In this document: positions 11,113-23,800 of the stretch, one piece after another
Numbering within the stretch: position 1 is the first letter of the stretch
Layout: every line of letters starts with the position of its first letter
Source of the DNA: a virus
Lineage: Duplodnaviria; Heunggongvirae; Uroviricota; Caudoviricetes
Virus record (IMG/VR): IMGVR_UViG_3300044715_000866
Reading direction: 5' to 3' (one strand)
DNA length: 64,000 bases
Made by a program: the position numbers and the translations under genes
The notes under the pieces: generated by a model
Told to the model about the DNA's origin: nothing
The model's input: only the letters and a program-made list of their open reading frames with translations
Databases searched by the model: none

Positions 11113-11721
11113 TTAGACTCCTGTTATGCCAGTTAAACTTTGAATACGTACTGTATAATCAATTTGAATTAATCGATTTAACGATTTTTGTACAGGATGA
11201 AAAATAACATGTGTTAATAACAATTCATTCCCAGTGTCGCTATACGATTTTAATCCAATTTCATCAAATACAAATAATCCGTCGCTACTAATTGAAGTGT
11301 CAAATGCATTCTGTCCAGCTGGCTCGCTGTAATCTAACAAACATGTAATAAAAACATCGGTATAATTTTTACCTACAGTATGTCGAGAATCAATATAATT
11401 ACGGGTTGGATCTAAATTATTCTTAGAATTATCATCTACAACTTTTGTAAATGTTTCATTATATAAACTAGAATTTGATCCTGAACTATTTGGTGATAAG
11501 TATGTAATAATTCCAGTTGGATCAACTGCTGTTCCGCCGTTGCCAAAACCCATCTGGTATATAAATCCCTGACCTCTGTTTGCAATGCTGCTTGCTAGCG
11601 CAATGCTCATATTTTCATAATGAATTGCATTACGTTTATTAACGTACACTTCATTACTTGTAGGGTCATAGATCTTAAGGTGTCCCTCAATATGTATGCC
11701 TGTTGTTTCTTTATTCTGCAT
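11113..11721 (-). CDS. Putative virion structural protein
   Basis: 202-aa ORF inside the baseplate operon, with an upstream late-promoter motif at 11742-11748. Confidence 0.6.
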   Translation of the reverse strand: MQNKETTGIHIEGHLKIYDPTSNEVYVNKRNAIHYENMSIALASSIANRGQGFIYQMGFGNGGTAVDPTGIITYLSPNSSGSNSSLYNETFTKVVDDNSKNNLDPTRNYIDSRHTVGKNYTDVFITCLLDYSEPAGQNAFDTSISSDGLFVFDEIGLKSYSDTGNELLLTHVIFHPVQKSLNRLIQIDYTVRIQSLTGITGV

Positions 11722-11741
11722 AGTAGTCTCTCATTATCGTA

Positions 11742-11748
11742 TATTTAT
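11742..11748 (-). promoter_or_regulatory. Late promoter core ATAAATA
   Basis: Lies in the short intergenic gap upstream of 11721. Confidence 0.55.
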
Positions 11749-11769
11749 CAAGTAATATTAAGTGTATGT

Positions 11770-13458
11770 TTATTTGTAAACACGCCGTTTTGGTCTCGGA
11801 TATACTTGTCCAGACGCAGGTCTTATCCAATAATTAATTTTTGGAAACACATAATTAGATACCGGTCTCTCAGGATATGCATACAAATATCGATTTGGTG
11901 CTAACATTGTATCATAACTATCTGATATGCCCCCACTACCTGATGTTAATTGATTATCTTTTGAATATGCTTGTATATAACGTATTGCATCTGCCTGTGT
12001 CATAGTTGGGTACATCTCTAACACACATGCTAATACACCAGTAACCTGCGGGCTAGCCATTGATGTTCCTGATATTTTTCCTTTTACAAATGTTGAATCT
12101 CTTGGGTCAGGGGAATTTAACCATACGTCACTTATGTTAAATGAACTTGCAATGTTAGATCCTGGAGCAAATATGTTAATACCGGGCCCGGTATTACTGT
12201 ATGAAGCTTTTTGCTCCGTCGTTGTTGCGCCAACTGATCCTACAGTAATTACATTTGTTGCACAACCTGGAGCAGATCCTTTATGAACATACCACGAATA
12301 CGAAGTACCGCCATAAGTTGCCCAAAAATAATTGTTATAATCTAAACCAGTTTGATCATCAACAAAAAACGAGTCATTCCCTGCAGAACCAACTATAATT
12401 ACTCCGTCGTCTATTGCTTGTTGTATATCAGAAACTACTGAACTAACGTAATACGGTACAGTTGCAGTGCCTCCAAGGTTTCGAATCTTAGCCGCATTTA
12501 ACTGAGCAGCAGTTGCCGATGTGCCAACTGTGCCAACATTAACTCCTCGATAATTTATTTGAGTGATTGGACCAGTCCCTATCGTCGCATCGGGCCAACT
12601 AATCGATGTCCCGTAACTGCAATTACATATTGTAGGATTTTTACGACCGGTTGCTGGATTAATTGCTTTAGTTCTATGGAATGCTCTAATATAATCCCAC
12701 ATTACTAGAGAACTCATTGATGTGTTTGGGTTTGTACTGTACGGGCTAATATTATAGATGTTGGCATCTCTTGCCCAGCCGTTTGTATTACCTGCAACAG
12801 TACCAGCAACATGGCAACCATGGTTGTTATCCGATACCATATCCGATCCAGCTGTAGACTGCCACATATATGCATATGTTGATCCAGTTAATGCAGTACC
12901 ATCATCGTCAATTGACGCAACTGTACCATTTAATGTAAACCATTGAAATTGATTAACTCGAGTGCCACCCGTGCCGTCTGCATTTTTTGCAAACTCTGGG
13001 TGATCTGGGCGAATATGCCCATCTACAATTATAACATCAACATTTTTACCACTTAGACTATGTGATACCGAATCTAATACTGCAGTAGTACCATTATTAC
13101 CCCAATTAGGGATTTGCATACCTACTACACATCTCTTTAAACCCCAGTTATAATGATTTGAATTTGCAGTTGATGATTTATCAAACGTGTTAGTTGGAGA
13201 TGTCCACATTGGTTTAACAGCAGCTTTGGCTAATTTTGAAAATGTGATTCCTTCAACTCGAGGATCAGTGGCAATTATTGCAACTTCAGCATGTGATAAC
13301 ATATAATGTGTGTTTTTACTAATCGGTCTTCGTCTATACACCGGCACAGCTCTATCAGGAACAGTAGTTAAACTACTCATAGCTTCCATATCATTATAAA
13401 AGGAATCTAAATCATCCATGCTGTTTAATGTAATTATAACTTCTTCTAAATCATCCAT
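11770..13458 (-). CDS. Subtilisin-like (S8) serine protease
   Basis: Catalytic motifs VDVIIVDG (Asp), HGCHVAGTVAG (His), GSAGN (oxyanion Asn) and SGTSMASPQVTG (Ser). N-terminal prodomain-like segment. Confidence 0.9.
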   Translation of the reverse strand: MDDLEEVIITLNSMDDLDSFYNDMEAMSSLTTVPDRAVPVYRRRPISKNTHYMLSHAEVAIIATDPRVEGITFSKLAKAAVKPMWTSPTNTFDKSSTANSNHYNWGLKRCVVGMQIPNWGNNGTTAVLDSVSHSLSGKNVDVIIVDGHIRPDHPEFAKNADGTGGTRVNQFQWFTLNGTVASIDDDGTALTGSTYAYMWQSTAGSDMVSDNNHGCHVAGTVAGNTNGWARDANIYNISPYSTNPNTSMSSLVMWDYIRAFHRTKAINPATGRKNPTICNCSYGTSISWPDATIGTGPITQINYRGVNVGTVGTSATAAQLNAAKIRNLGGTATVPYYVSSVVSDIQQAIDDGVIIVGSAGNDSFFVDDQTGLDYNNYFWATYGGTSYSWYVHKGSAPGCATNVITVGSVGATTTEQKASYSNTGPGINIFAPGSNIASSFNISDVWLNSPDPRDSTFVKGKISGTSMASPQVTGVLACVLEMYPTMTQADAIRYIQAYSKDNQLTSGSGGISDSYDTMLAPNRYLYAYPERPVSNYVFPKINYWIRPASGQVYPRPKRRVYK

Positions 13459-13459
13459 A

Positions 13460-14833
13460 TTAGCTCTCCAATGGAAGTACTGTTAGGGTAATAGTAAATG
13501 TAGCTGCTGTCAAATTTGTGTTAGTAACTGCAAGTTCAATGTTTGCAGTTGGGGTAGATTCATTATTAAACCCAATTACTCCAGGAGCAGTTACAACTGT
13601 TGAATTTGAAGTAGTAATAATTTCTGCAATAACGCCAGGTGTTGACGGATCTGAAGTTTGCAATCTTGCTGCATCTGCCGTTCTTGATGCAGCGTCAGTA
13701 TAAATCCTTACCCATGCGCCGCCTGCAGTTGAACTAGTTGCTACTGAATACAACGCATAACTTTTATAACCAGTAATTGTTAAGTTTACAGTTGCACCAG
13801 CTGCAATAGACGTAGTAGTTCCGGTCTTTGTTGCACGAGATAATGTAACAACACCAATACTACCGGGACTACTAATCACGCCACTTCCGTCAATTGTAAT
13901 CGTAGTGCCATCAGCAATAACTCCGCCTAGTTTAGTAGTAGACGCTACCGGTAATGTGTAACTGGCTGCAGATGCACTAATTACTCCATTAACATTTATA
14001 GTAACTGTACTTCCATCTACTTTAACGCCGCCTAATGTTCCGTCTGACCCAATACCGGCAGTTGGAAGAGAATAACTACTACCTGAATTAGAATGAATTA
14101 CTCCGTCAATATCTATAGTAATTGTAGTACCGTCAACTTTAACACCACCTAACGTTGTATCAGTTGCAGGTTGTAACACATACAACATAGGAGTGCCGGT
14201 TATCTTTGAATACGGTAAACTCTCAATCCATGACGGGTTTACATAACTCTCAGTAGTATACACTCCGTTCGTTACTGTACCGGCATTCCCAGTAATATTA
14301 GGTGATGAATGTATAACACCATTTCCATCAATTGTAATTGTAACACCGTCAACTTTAACACCGCCTAACACAGTTGATGTTGCTGCTGAAAGTGTGTAAT
14401 ATGTGCTTGGAGTTCCAGATAGTTTTGAGTACGCAATCTCTGTAATCCAAGAAGGATTTGCATAACTTCCAGTTGTGTAAACCCCGTTAGTTACAGTACC
14501 AGCATTACCGGTAATAGTAGTAACGGTTGGAATTACTGCGTGTATCACTCCGCTGCTATTAATCATTATAGTTGATCCGTCAACTTTAACACCACCTAAT
14601 GTAGCAGTATTTGCAGGTTGTAATACATACGGTGGTACATTAGCGGTTATTATGCAAGTGTCGCCGGTTTTAGTTAATGTAATATGTTGACCTGCAGTTA
14701 ATCGATTAAAAACCGATTGATTACTATTATATAATTCTGTAAAATTACCATTAATTTTAACTGCACCTGATCGCAAGGTATCTCCTGTTTTATCATTTGA
14801 ATTTGCTCCGATGTTTATTATTTGTTTAGCCAT
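13460..14833 (-). CDS. Baseplate/fibre connector with T4 gp9/gp10-like N-terminus and LGGVKVDG repeats
   Basis: MAKQIINIG..SND.TGDTLRSG..KIN.NFTELY start. Five LGGV(K/I)(V/A)DG.T..I...GVI repeats. Confidence 0.7.
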   Translation of the reverse strand: MAKQIINIGANSNDKTGDTLRSGAVKINGNFTELYNSNQSVFNRLTAGQHITLTKTGDTCIITANVPPYVLQPANTATLGGVKVDGSTIMINSSGVIHAVIPTVTTITGNAGTVTNGVYTTGSYANPSWITEIAYSKLSGTPSTYYTLSAATSTVLGGVKVDGVTITIDGNGVIHSSPNITGNAGTVTNGVYTTESYVNPSWIESLPYSKITGTPMLYVLQPATDTTLGGVKVDGTTITIDIDGVIHSNSGSSYSLPTAGIGSDGTLGGVKVDGSTVTINVNGVISASAASYTLPVASTTKLGGVIADGTTITIDGSGVISSPGSIGVVTLSRATKTGTTTSIAAGATVNLTITGYKSYALYSVATSSTAGGAWVRIYTDAASRTADAARLQTSDPSTPGVIAEIITTSNSTVVTAPGVIGFNNESTPTANIELAVTNTNLTAATFTITLTVLPLES

Positions 14834-14848
14834 TTATTGTTTCCTTAC

Positions 14849-17800
14849 TTAAAATTGAATTTCGTCACTACCGAATGTATCAGTTATATTATCAAATGTA
14901 TCTTGAAGCGTTATATGTTCTGCACCAGGTACTGCATTTATAAAGTTTATTATTGTCTGATCAGCAACCCATTTATTCCCAGTGCGTTTAATAACAGTAA
15001 TAAGTGTTTTGTCTCCTAACATAAATGTTTGAGATAATCTAACAGTTTTAAAAATTCCATTTACTGAAAAATCTGCAGGAAATACTTCTTCAATTCCTAA
15101 TCGTTCATTAAATACCTTATATGGAGTTTTTTGCAATCTAATATTACCAACAAAGAATCCCCATATATCATAATCAGATTTAAATGAATCTGCACTCGTA
15201 TGTGGGCTTTTACATTTATAAGTGTAACTACCAAATGTTACAATGTCATCGGTATTATAAAAAACATTAGGCATCCATGATGAACTACTATCATACCCAC
15301 CAACAAATACTTCAATGTCGTTACATTGTCCAAACCCTTTTCTAACAATACTTGCCGATTCTGCTCCTTTCCATATTATTTTAGATTTATTAGGCCTAAA
15401 CGATAAATTTACTACTATTGATTTTCCATATATGTGATACAACTCTGAATTTTCGTCAACTCTGATTACTGATTTCTTTTCTAACGAATGATATTCAATA
15501 AGAGTAGTATCTGCATATGGGATTGTTTCAGAAATCCCTATAATTTGAACTATTGAACTAGCGTAATGTATTTCCGGAATGCTCGTTCCTAACGTACCAC
15601 GACGCAATTGTCCTACTGTATTATTGTTAATTGTAAAATATTCAATCCGTTCACCGCCAATCTCAATCACACCCGGTTTATTAGTTAGCGGGTCTGGCTG
15701 GTCTAACATGCTTACATCGTCTAACGTAATAGTAGTATCTGTATTTAAAAGCATAACTGTTAATGTTGTTTGTTTACTTGCTGGCAGCCGCTTATAATGC
15801 ACACGATTCAGCATGTCCTTAAACTGCATGTATGTATATGTTACATTATCAATAGTTGTGTAAACTTTAATAGCAACAGTATCAACTACTTGTCCAGGAA
15901 CTATCTCTTCAGGGCCTGCAAAAATATTCTCAAACTTATCGCCGTCAATTACAATATCCTCCGGAGCTAATCCAGATGCAGAACTTGCACTAAACCGTCC
16001 GCCTGAAATTGCAACATCATAGTCGTTATCGTTTTCATCAGTACCGTCGCTTGTTACTTCACGAACAATAAACATACACGAACTTGGAATATCTAATTGT
16101 TCAGCTTCAAACAATATTTCAAAGAATAATTCAGGAATTACTATCGTTGTAACATCTCCGGTTACAGTCGGTGTTTGCATAATTGCAGTGCCGTCTATTC
16201 TAATGGGAGATCTATTAGCTGGATTTGCATCGTAATAAACATTTAACTCCGTGCCTATTGCTGGTATATTAAAACCATCATCTGGAAAATGTATAGTAAC
16301 TGGCGCCTTTACACCACCAGTAGTGTATACAACTTTAACATCGTTAAATTTAGAATTTACATTATCCCATTTAATTGTATCGTATGTATAACTTTCCCAT
16401 CCGTGTTTTACATTAAAATCTAATCCACTAACTTCAACACCGCCGTAATCTATACCAACCATTAATTGAGCTAAGTCTTTACCTAAATCACCAATTTGTG
16501 GATTGTAGTAATGCTCAATACGATCTACTGCGTTTAATACAGACGAATCTATCAAATAATTTACTACGATAACACTATTTTTTTCTGGTTTATGAGAAAA
16601 TGTAATTGCTCCAGTATATTCTGTAAATCCTTTAGAAGTTGACTTTACAACTTGTAACGTATAATTGTCTCTTATTTCAAGTAATCCATTTACAGTCACT
16701 GAATGTGTTCCGATTTTAACATTTGGTGCCCATTTAAGAGGAAATTGCAGTCTATTACCGGTAACAAGCGTAGTTAGTATTGTTTCTGCCTGTTCTAATT
16801 CAGTTATAGTGGTTAACTGTGACACTCTATCAAATTTCATTTTAATTAAATTAGTACGGATTACACTATTACCAATAATTGCAGCAGCTACTGCCGGAGT
16901 GCCGTCATTACTCACACCCCCGGTAATAACTACCGTTGGTGTTGATCTATACTTAGACCCTGGTGTTAGAACTATAATTCGATTTATTGATCCATTTAAA
17001 ATAAATGCTCTAGCAGTTGCACCAGAACCCCAGCTGCTTACAATATTAACTATCGGTTCAGTAACATATCCACTGCCGCCATCGATAATGTTTATTGAGG
17101 TTACTGAAAACCCAACATTATCTAGCCAATGTTTCCACGGATATAATTCATCTAGTGCATAATGACTAGAAAAAATTATATCATCGTATACTGTTATTTC
17201 CATTGGTTCTGCACGTTTAGTTGTAGGGTTAATTATTGCAGGTAAATCAAAATCTGTTACTGATAGCTCTGCAGTTTCAATTGAATTATAAGAGCTAACA
17301 TATTCTCTAATTTGTGTACGATACGGTTTTACTTCTGACACATAATCTTCAAAGTTTGCTAAATTATCATTCTTATATGTAACTGACTTGCGTAAACTAC
17401 CTACATTGTGCATTACATTAACAAAACTAGTTTTAAATATCCAATCAACATAAGTTTGCTCGCTCATTGCATACCGTACACTTGCAAAAAATAAGCTAAG
17501 ATATTTGCTGTTATCTATTAAAAGGTCGTCCTTTATTGCATTTAAAATTATACGCAATTCTACTAATGCATAGTTGTCATACACCCCTAAATCATATAAC
17601 ATTCCGTCATACCCGACTGGTGTATTTAGAAAATTATATAACAACGAACTAAATTGAATTGTACCTTCTTGGCTTCCAACTACATTATACGCATCCGCCC
17701 AATTAGTTGAGTCAATTTCTTTCCATTTTTTTAATAACACCCATCGATTTGCAGTAGTAGTTAAAACTTTAACTGTTTGCCCAACTTCAATTTCAAATGC

Positions 17801-20800
17801 TCCTAAATCAGCATATGTATTAACTGCATGATTTATTGCAGTAAACTGGCTGTACGATGGTGCATACCAGTCAACTTTATGCCAGTATTGCATAGTGTCG
17901 TATGCTTGCGACACTGATTTAGACCAAATAGAAGTTGACGGTTCGTACGAGTAAATACTCCATTTCCCATTTGCTTGCAAATCGCTACTTACTAATACTG
18001 AAAAACTTCTAATAGTTAATACTGTGTTCTGTAAATATCCTTCACCTGCATTTAGTATCTCACATCCTTCAATTGACCCAGTTGAACTAATCTTAGCTTT
18101 AATTCTTGCGTTAATACCAACGCCGTGTACATTAATAGTTGGTGCTACTACATACCCGCGGCCTGGTTCAACTACTAAAATGTCAATAATTTTTCCGTTA
18201 ACTATTACCGGTGCTACACTTGCTTTTACAAATTTCTTTGTAATAACAAATTGCAATTCAGCATCAGTATCAATAGATTTGTCATATAAGCCGCTAATTA
18301 ATGTTGGAGGTATATCGTATTTTTGTAAATTTGATAAATTACAAGTATCAACAATTGGTTGATCGTTATCTCGTAATATTCTGTTAACTTCTTCAATATG
18401 TTGTTTAAGTGCTTCAAATCTGTTAACAAACATACTTTGACGAGGGCGATTTTCAATACCATATCTTAACTTAACCGGAATTTTTTGATCCGGTACAATT
18501 CTATTGTATTCGTCGTTACCGCATAAACTATTAATCCACTTTTGTTCTATGTTGGCAGGAAGTATTGATTGAGGTGATGAACTAATCAATTTCCACTGCG
18601 TGTGAATATTTTGATCAGTTTTATCAATTAACCAATATTCAATCAATAATACAATATTTGTGTGAGTTAATAACGGTCTTACATTTACTAAACTAAATGA
18701 ATTTTCTCCAGTTAGTGCAATGCATTGATACCCTTCACCTCTTGGATTAGCAATTATCGCAGATGCATCGCTTGCAGACAACTCACGGCCACTAATTGAA
18801 ATTGTAGTCTTATTCTTAACCCAGAAATAATAAGTGTAGGTAAATCTCTGACTTAACGTATCATACGCCGACACTGTTGAATACGCTAAATCACCGTATA
18901 ACGATGTTCCGCTAATTCCTAATGCTAATCCTGCTTCAGTACCTGCATCGTCATCCCAGACTGACGGTTTTACTGTTGATTTAACCCATTCATAAACATC
19001 AACCGATGCACCCGGTGCTAATGTGCTCCATACACTATTTCGATAAACTACATTATCAGTGTAATTATCCATAAACTTAGTAGTACGTTTATCCCACCAT
19101 AGTACACCAACTTGATCAGCAGCCCATGCTATTCCTTCATCTACATTTACAGTAGAATTACCAACTGAATAAGTTGCTGGATCATACGTAGTTTTAAACT
19201 TCACTTCTCGATTAATAACCTCTGGAAATTTTTCTTGAACAGGATCAACTATGTCTAAATATTTAACAGGTGTATTTGTATTTTTGTCATACATTATTAC
19301 TTGTTTAATTTTTGAAATATTTGGTTTTGTTATTGCCCTATGTTGCACTGCCCAACTATATGTGTTAGTAGGTTTAATATAGTGATGTATCTGATTAGCA
19401 TTATCAGAAGTTACAATAATGTTTGATGACGTTGAAATAAAACTAGTTCCATATATTCCAGTAATACGTTCACTAAACTGCCATTTAGTTTTATAGATAT
19501 CAAATATATCTACTGTTGTATCACTTTTAACAATAATAGTGTTAAAATTATTTACAAACTGAACTTTGCTTGTTGCATATGAGCCAGGCATATTAGATGG
19601 ATTTAAAATTCTAATTCGTTCTAAGGTGTCTGTTGAATATACTAGTATGTATGAACTGTTTAGCACTGCAACATAATCAGCATTTTTAGAAATAGCAATA
19701 CTGCTAGCAAATGAAAAATCAGTAGCAGGAATAGTAATTATTGGATCAGTGTAATTATCATAGTTGTTATACACATATACATGCGATGCCGCTAATACTG
19801 CTAATACATTATTATCAGAAATTACTACGTCTTTACCAAAGGTTGATGATGGTTTAATAAAAGTAGAAGTGTTTATCTGCCATGCTATTTTACTAAATGT
19901 AATAACCCCTTCCGGTGTTGAATCAGGCATCTCGTCTAACAATACAGTAGTTGAATTTATTATTGAACGGATAGTTTGCCCTGTAGTAAATCCAATACCT
20001 GAGAGTCTCATACCACTTACAAGTTGAGCTGCACTGGACACTACTAATGTAGTTTGACTACTACCGTTAGGATTATAATACGCTTGCACTGTTGCACTTT
20101 CAATTGCAGAATAAGTAGCTTTATAAATCCTGTTATTATTTGTGCCTATAAACAGTGTAGTATTGTCAAAAGTTAATGTTTTACCAAACTGCATAGGTGA
20201 ACTAGGGCGATCAAGTGTAAAATTATATTCATAATAATCACTAGAATTATTTTTATACAATTTTACTTTATTATTCTCTGTGGTTGCTAACCAACTGCCA
20301 TCCTTAGATAACGCAATTTCAGATGCAACTATATTAAGTTTTTGCAATACTACCCAGTCAACTGGTTTAACTAAACTACTAGTGAGTTGCAATTTAAAAA
20401 TATAGACATTAGTTGGTGTTAATACTGCAACTAAGTTTCCTTCTTTATTTGCAACAATTTTACTACCAACTGACCCGTTAAATATACCGTTGTCAATGAC
20501 TACTGATTTATAAACTGGATTATACTTCCATGTTTCCCATTGGCCATTTTCGTTATCAACCCATGCTACATTGTTAGACGGTACAATTGATGCTACTTTT
20601 ACTGTAAATCCAGTACCTGACCCCATGCCGTAATATGTCATAACAGTTGTATTATCAATAAATCCGTTGCCATGGGTTACTAATGTTACACTATCTACTA
20701 ATCCTTTATCATTTGTAGTAATATTTGCAGTTGGATACTCTGTTGCAGTAGATCCAGACACATATACTAGTTGAACTGCATTATACGTGTGTGACATAGT

Positions 20801-23800
20801 GTAGCCAGATCCTGCAGTAAATGTAACCTTAATTGCAGGCAACAACTCATTAAATGTGCAAGTGTTATTATCAATCGACGAAATCTTTCTAGCTACTAAT
20901 ATTCCAATTTCTATACGTGCAGTTACAACTTGAACTGCTCGACTGTTAGGAATTGCAATCTCAAAAGAGTTATTAGCATAGTTAACATTTGAAACTTTAA
21001 AGAATCCGTCTATTAATTCTGGAGTAGTATGAGTATTATCTTTAATCCCAATAAATGCATTATTTGCAAACGAAATTGATTCATGAACAGTTATAGTATA
21101 CCCAGTATCAATCTGTTCAACACTAACGACCGATAGCGGTAATTTAACATACTGATACACATTCCAACTATTTTCAACAAACGTACATAAAATATAATCA
21201 TAATATGTATAATTTAAAATATTAAGTGCAAGTAATTCAGTATGTGATTTTACACTTGTTTTTACTTCATCTAATCTAGCATATATTGCAGATGATGCAA
21301 CACTCGGTGCTGCCTGAAATGCAGTTGCTGATCTATAACCAACAGGTTTTACATACAAGTCGGTAGGTAAGTGCCGAATAACTAAGTCAGTATTTAACGG
21401 TTTAGAATCAACTAACTCAAATCCTTGCGGATTTGTTTTAAATAAAGATTCATCTAATACACATTCAAGCGTGTCAAATGCATTACACGCACCATATTGC
21501 CCTGAACGAACTGCCCATTCTTCGTAGAACTGTAAACTCGATTGATCATCAGCACTTAACACATCAAACAATTTGTTTAACACATTTTGTGTACCTTTTT
21601 CAAGAATCATTCCTTGATAAAATTTGTACTCGCTAACATCATCTTGGATAATGTTTTCTAAATATTGCCGTTTTTGATATCCAGTTAAATGCTGTGCCAT
21701 TTTCTGTTGATTTACATCAAAATTTTCGCTGTCTAAACTATAAAAGTCTGTAAACTGTGATGCTTTATAATTCCAATTTGGAAGTAATTTAGAAGTTGGT
21801 TTCTTAGATAGCATTACCCAGTGGTCATCAACAAACGTTTCATCACCTTGTATTGATGATTTTGCACTATAAAAAAACGAACGATGTTGTACAACGTCAC
21901 TAACTGCATACGATTTCCATGGAGTCCATTCTGATATCTTTGCTTGATCAATTACAAACCCAGGTACGTCTAATGATCCGTTCCAAAGTGTGCTTACATA
22001 ACCCGAAACTTTAAGTTTGTCTTGTTTATATCCACTTTCTAAATTATAAATGGTGTCATTAAACATAGTAGAATTATTAAGAATTACTACATGCTCATGC
22101 TGTACTAAATAAAAACTTGCACAATAAATTCCAGATTCGTCTCTTGGACTGTATGAAATTGCATTATCTGTTCTATATAACTGTATCATTGGTACTGTTA
22201 TTTGATGGCCCGATATATCTAAAAGTTCACAAATATTGTTTGTATTTGATATAGAATCAACAACACTTAAAATTGAAGTAAATGTTAACTTATTTGCTGC
22301 AGGACTTAATGAAATTAATGCCGATCCAACAATATCAAGTCCTGGTAAGAATTCATAATCGCCAATATTAAATATATCCGATTGTATTGATTTAAGTGCA
22401 GTAAAATAGCTACCATTAAATCTTACAATATCACCACGTTGTATTGCAGTGTACGGAGACCATTCGTACCAAGTATCTTGCATTGATTTCCAATTTGATG
22501 TTGTCCAAAATAAGAACTCTTTCGCACTAGTTTCCCAGTTTGCAATGTCACGCAAGTCTGTATTAAAGTCATTAAAATCAAAACCTTGTTCAATTAGCCA
22601 CTGACCGTACCCTAATAAAAAGTCAACTACTGCTTGAATTGAATCTAATTTACTGCCGTATTGTAATATAACTGGAGTTTTAACCCATTTTTGTTTAAAA
22701 CCTGCAGAAACTCCGCCAATGATTGGTAATTCGCCTAGCATTGCAAAGTAAGAGTTATCAAATACAGATGATGCTACATGAGTAGTAGTTACACGGTAAT
22801 ACTTTTTATTATATAGAACAATTTTTCCTTCAACAAAAGTTTGTAAGGCACCCCACACTGCATATGCCTCTGAAATTCCACCAATGTTTACTATTGTACC
22901 TACACCAAGACCTTCGTAATATCTAAAATACGGTTGTAGTTTGCTGTATCCTTTAATCTCAAAGCCGCCTTCAACCTTAGTAATAATTACACCACTATAT
23001 GTTATAGTAGCAATAGGAGATGATGTGTTTAATACTACTGTATAATCTTCTTGAGGAATGAATACACTACCGACAGTAGTTGGAGATTTTGAATCTAATA
23101 ATAAATTAAATTTTTCTTTACTAGTAAAGCCGCTTACTCGATAACAAAGTTTAGCAGTTATTAGTTTTAAATTATGTTTATACTCGTTATACTGTTGCAA
23201 CGATTCACAATTAAGATAATTAACCAAATAATTTAAAAGTCCTGCAGTTTGAACTCGATCATTTCCTAAATATATGCTAGGCAATACAATGTCGCTTGGT
23301 TTAATTCGTAATCCAGTTTCAGAATATATAAGTTGCCCAGCGTTATTCCGTTTAATTCTTGATCTATCTAATAGCAAACCTATAGTTTTTGCAGGTGTTA
23401 ATAATATAGCAGTTTTAATTACACTAAACGAATAATGCGAATGTCTTCTCCATGCTGATTCTAACGGGGATACATCACCAAATGTAAAATCACCTTGATT
23501 TGATTGAGAAATTATACCTGTAGTAAAATTAGAAATGCGAGGATCAACTAATCGGCCGTCTGAGTCAACTGGAATATGATCTAACAAATCTGGTTTTATA
23601 TGTTTGAATATATTATATGTAAATGCTGGATCTTTTACTAAACCATTGCTTAGATCTTCCCATAAAATAAGATTATCCTTTGTGTACGGAGCTGGTCCAT
23701 AAACACTTACCCACCATAACGGCTCTTCGCTAAACCCTAGCATTTCCCATGGACAAATGTGAGGACGATCAGTCCTAAGCATCCATTGATATATACCTCT

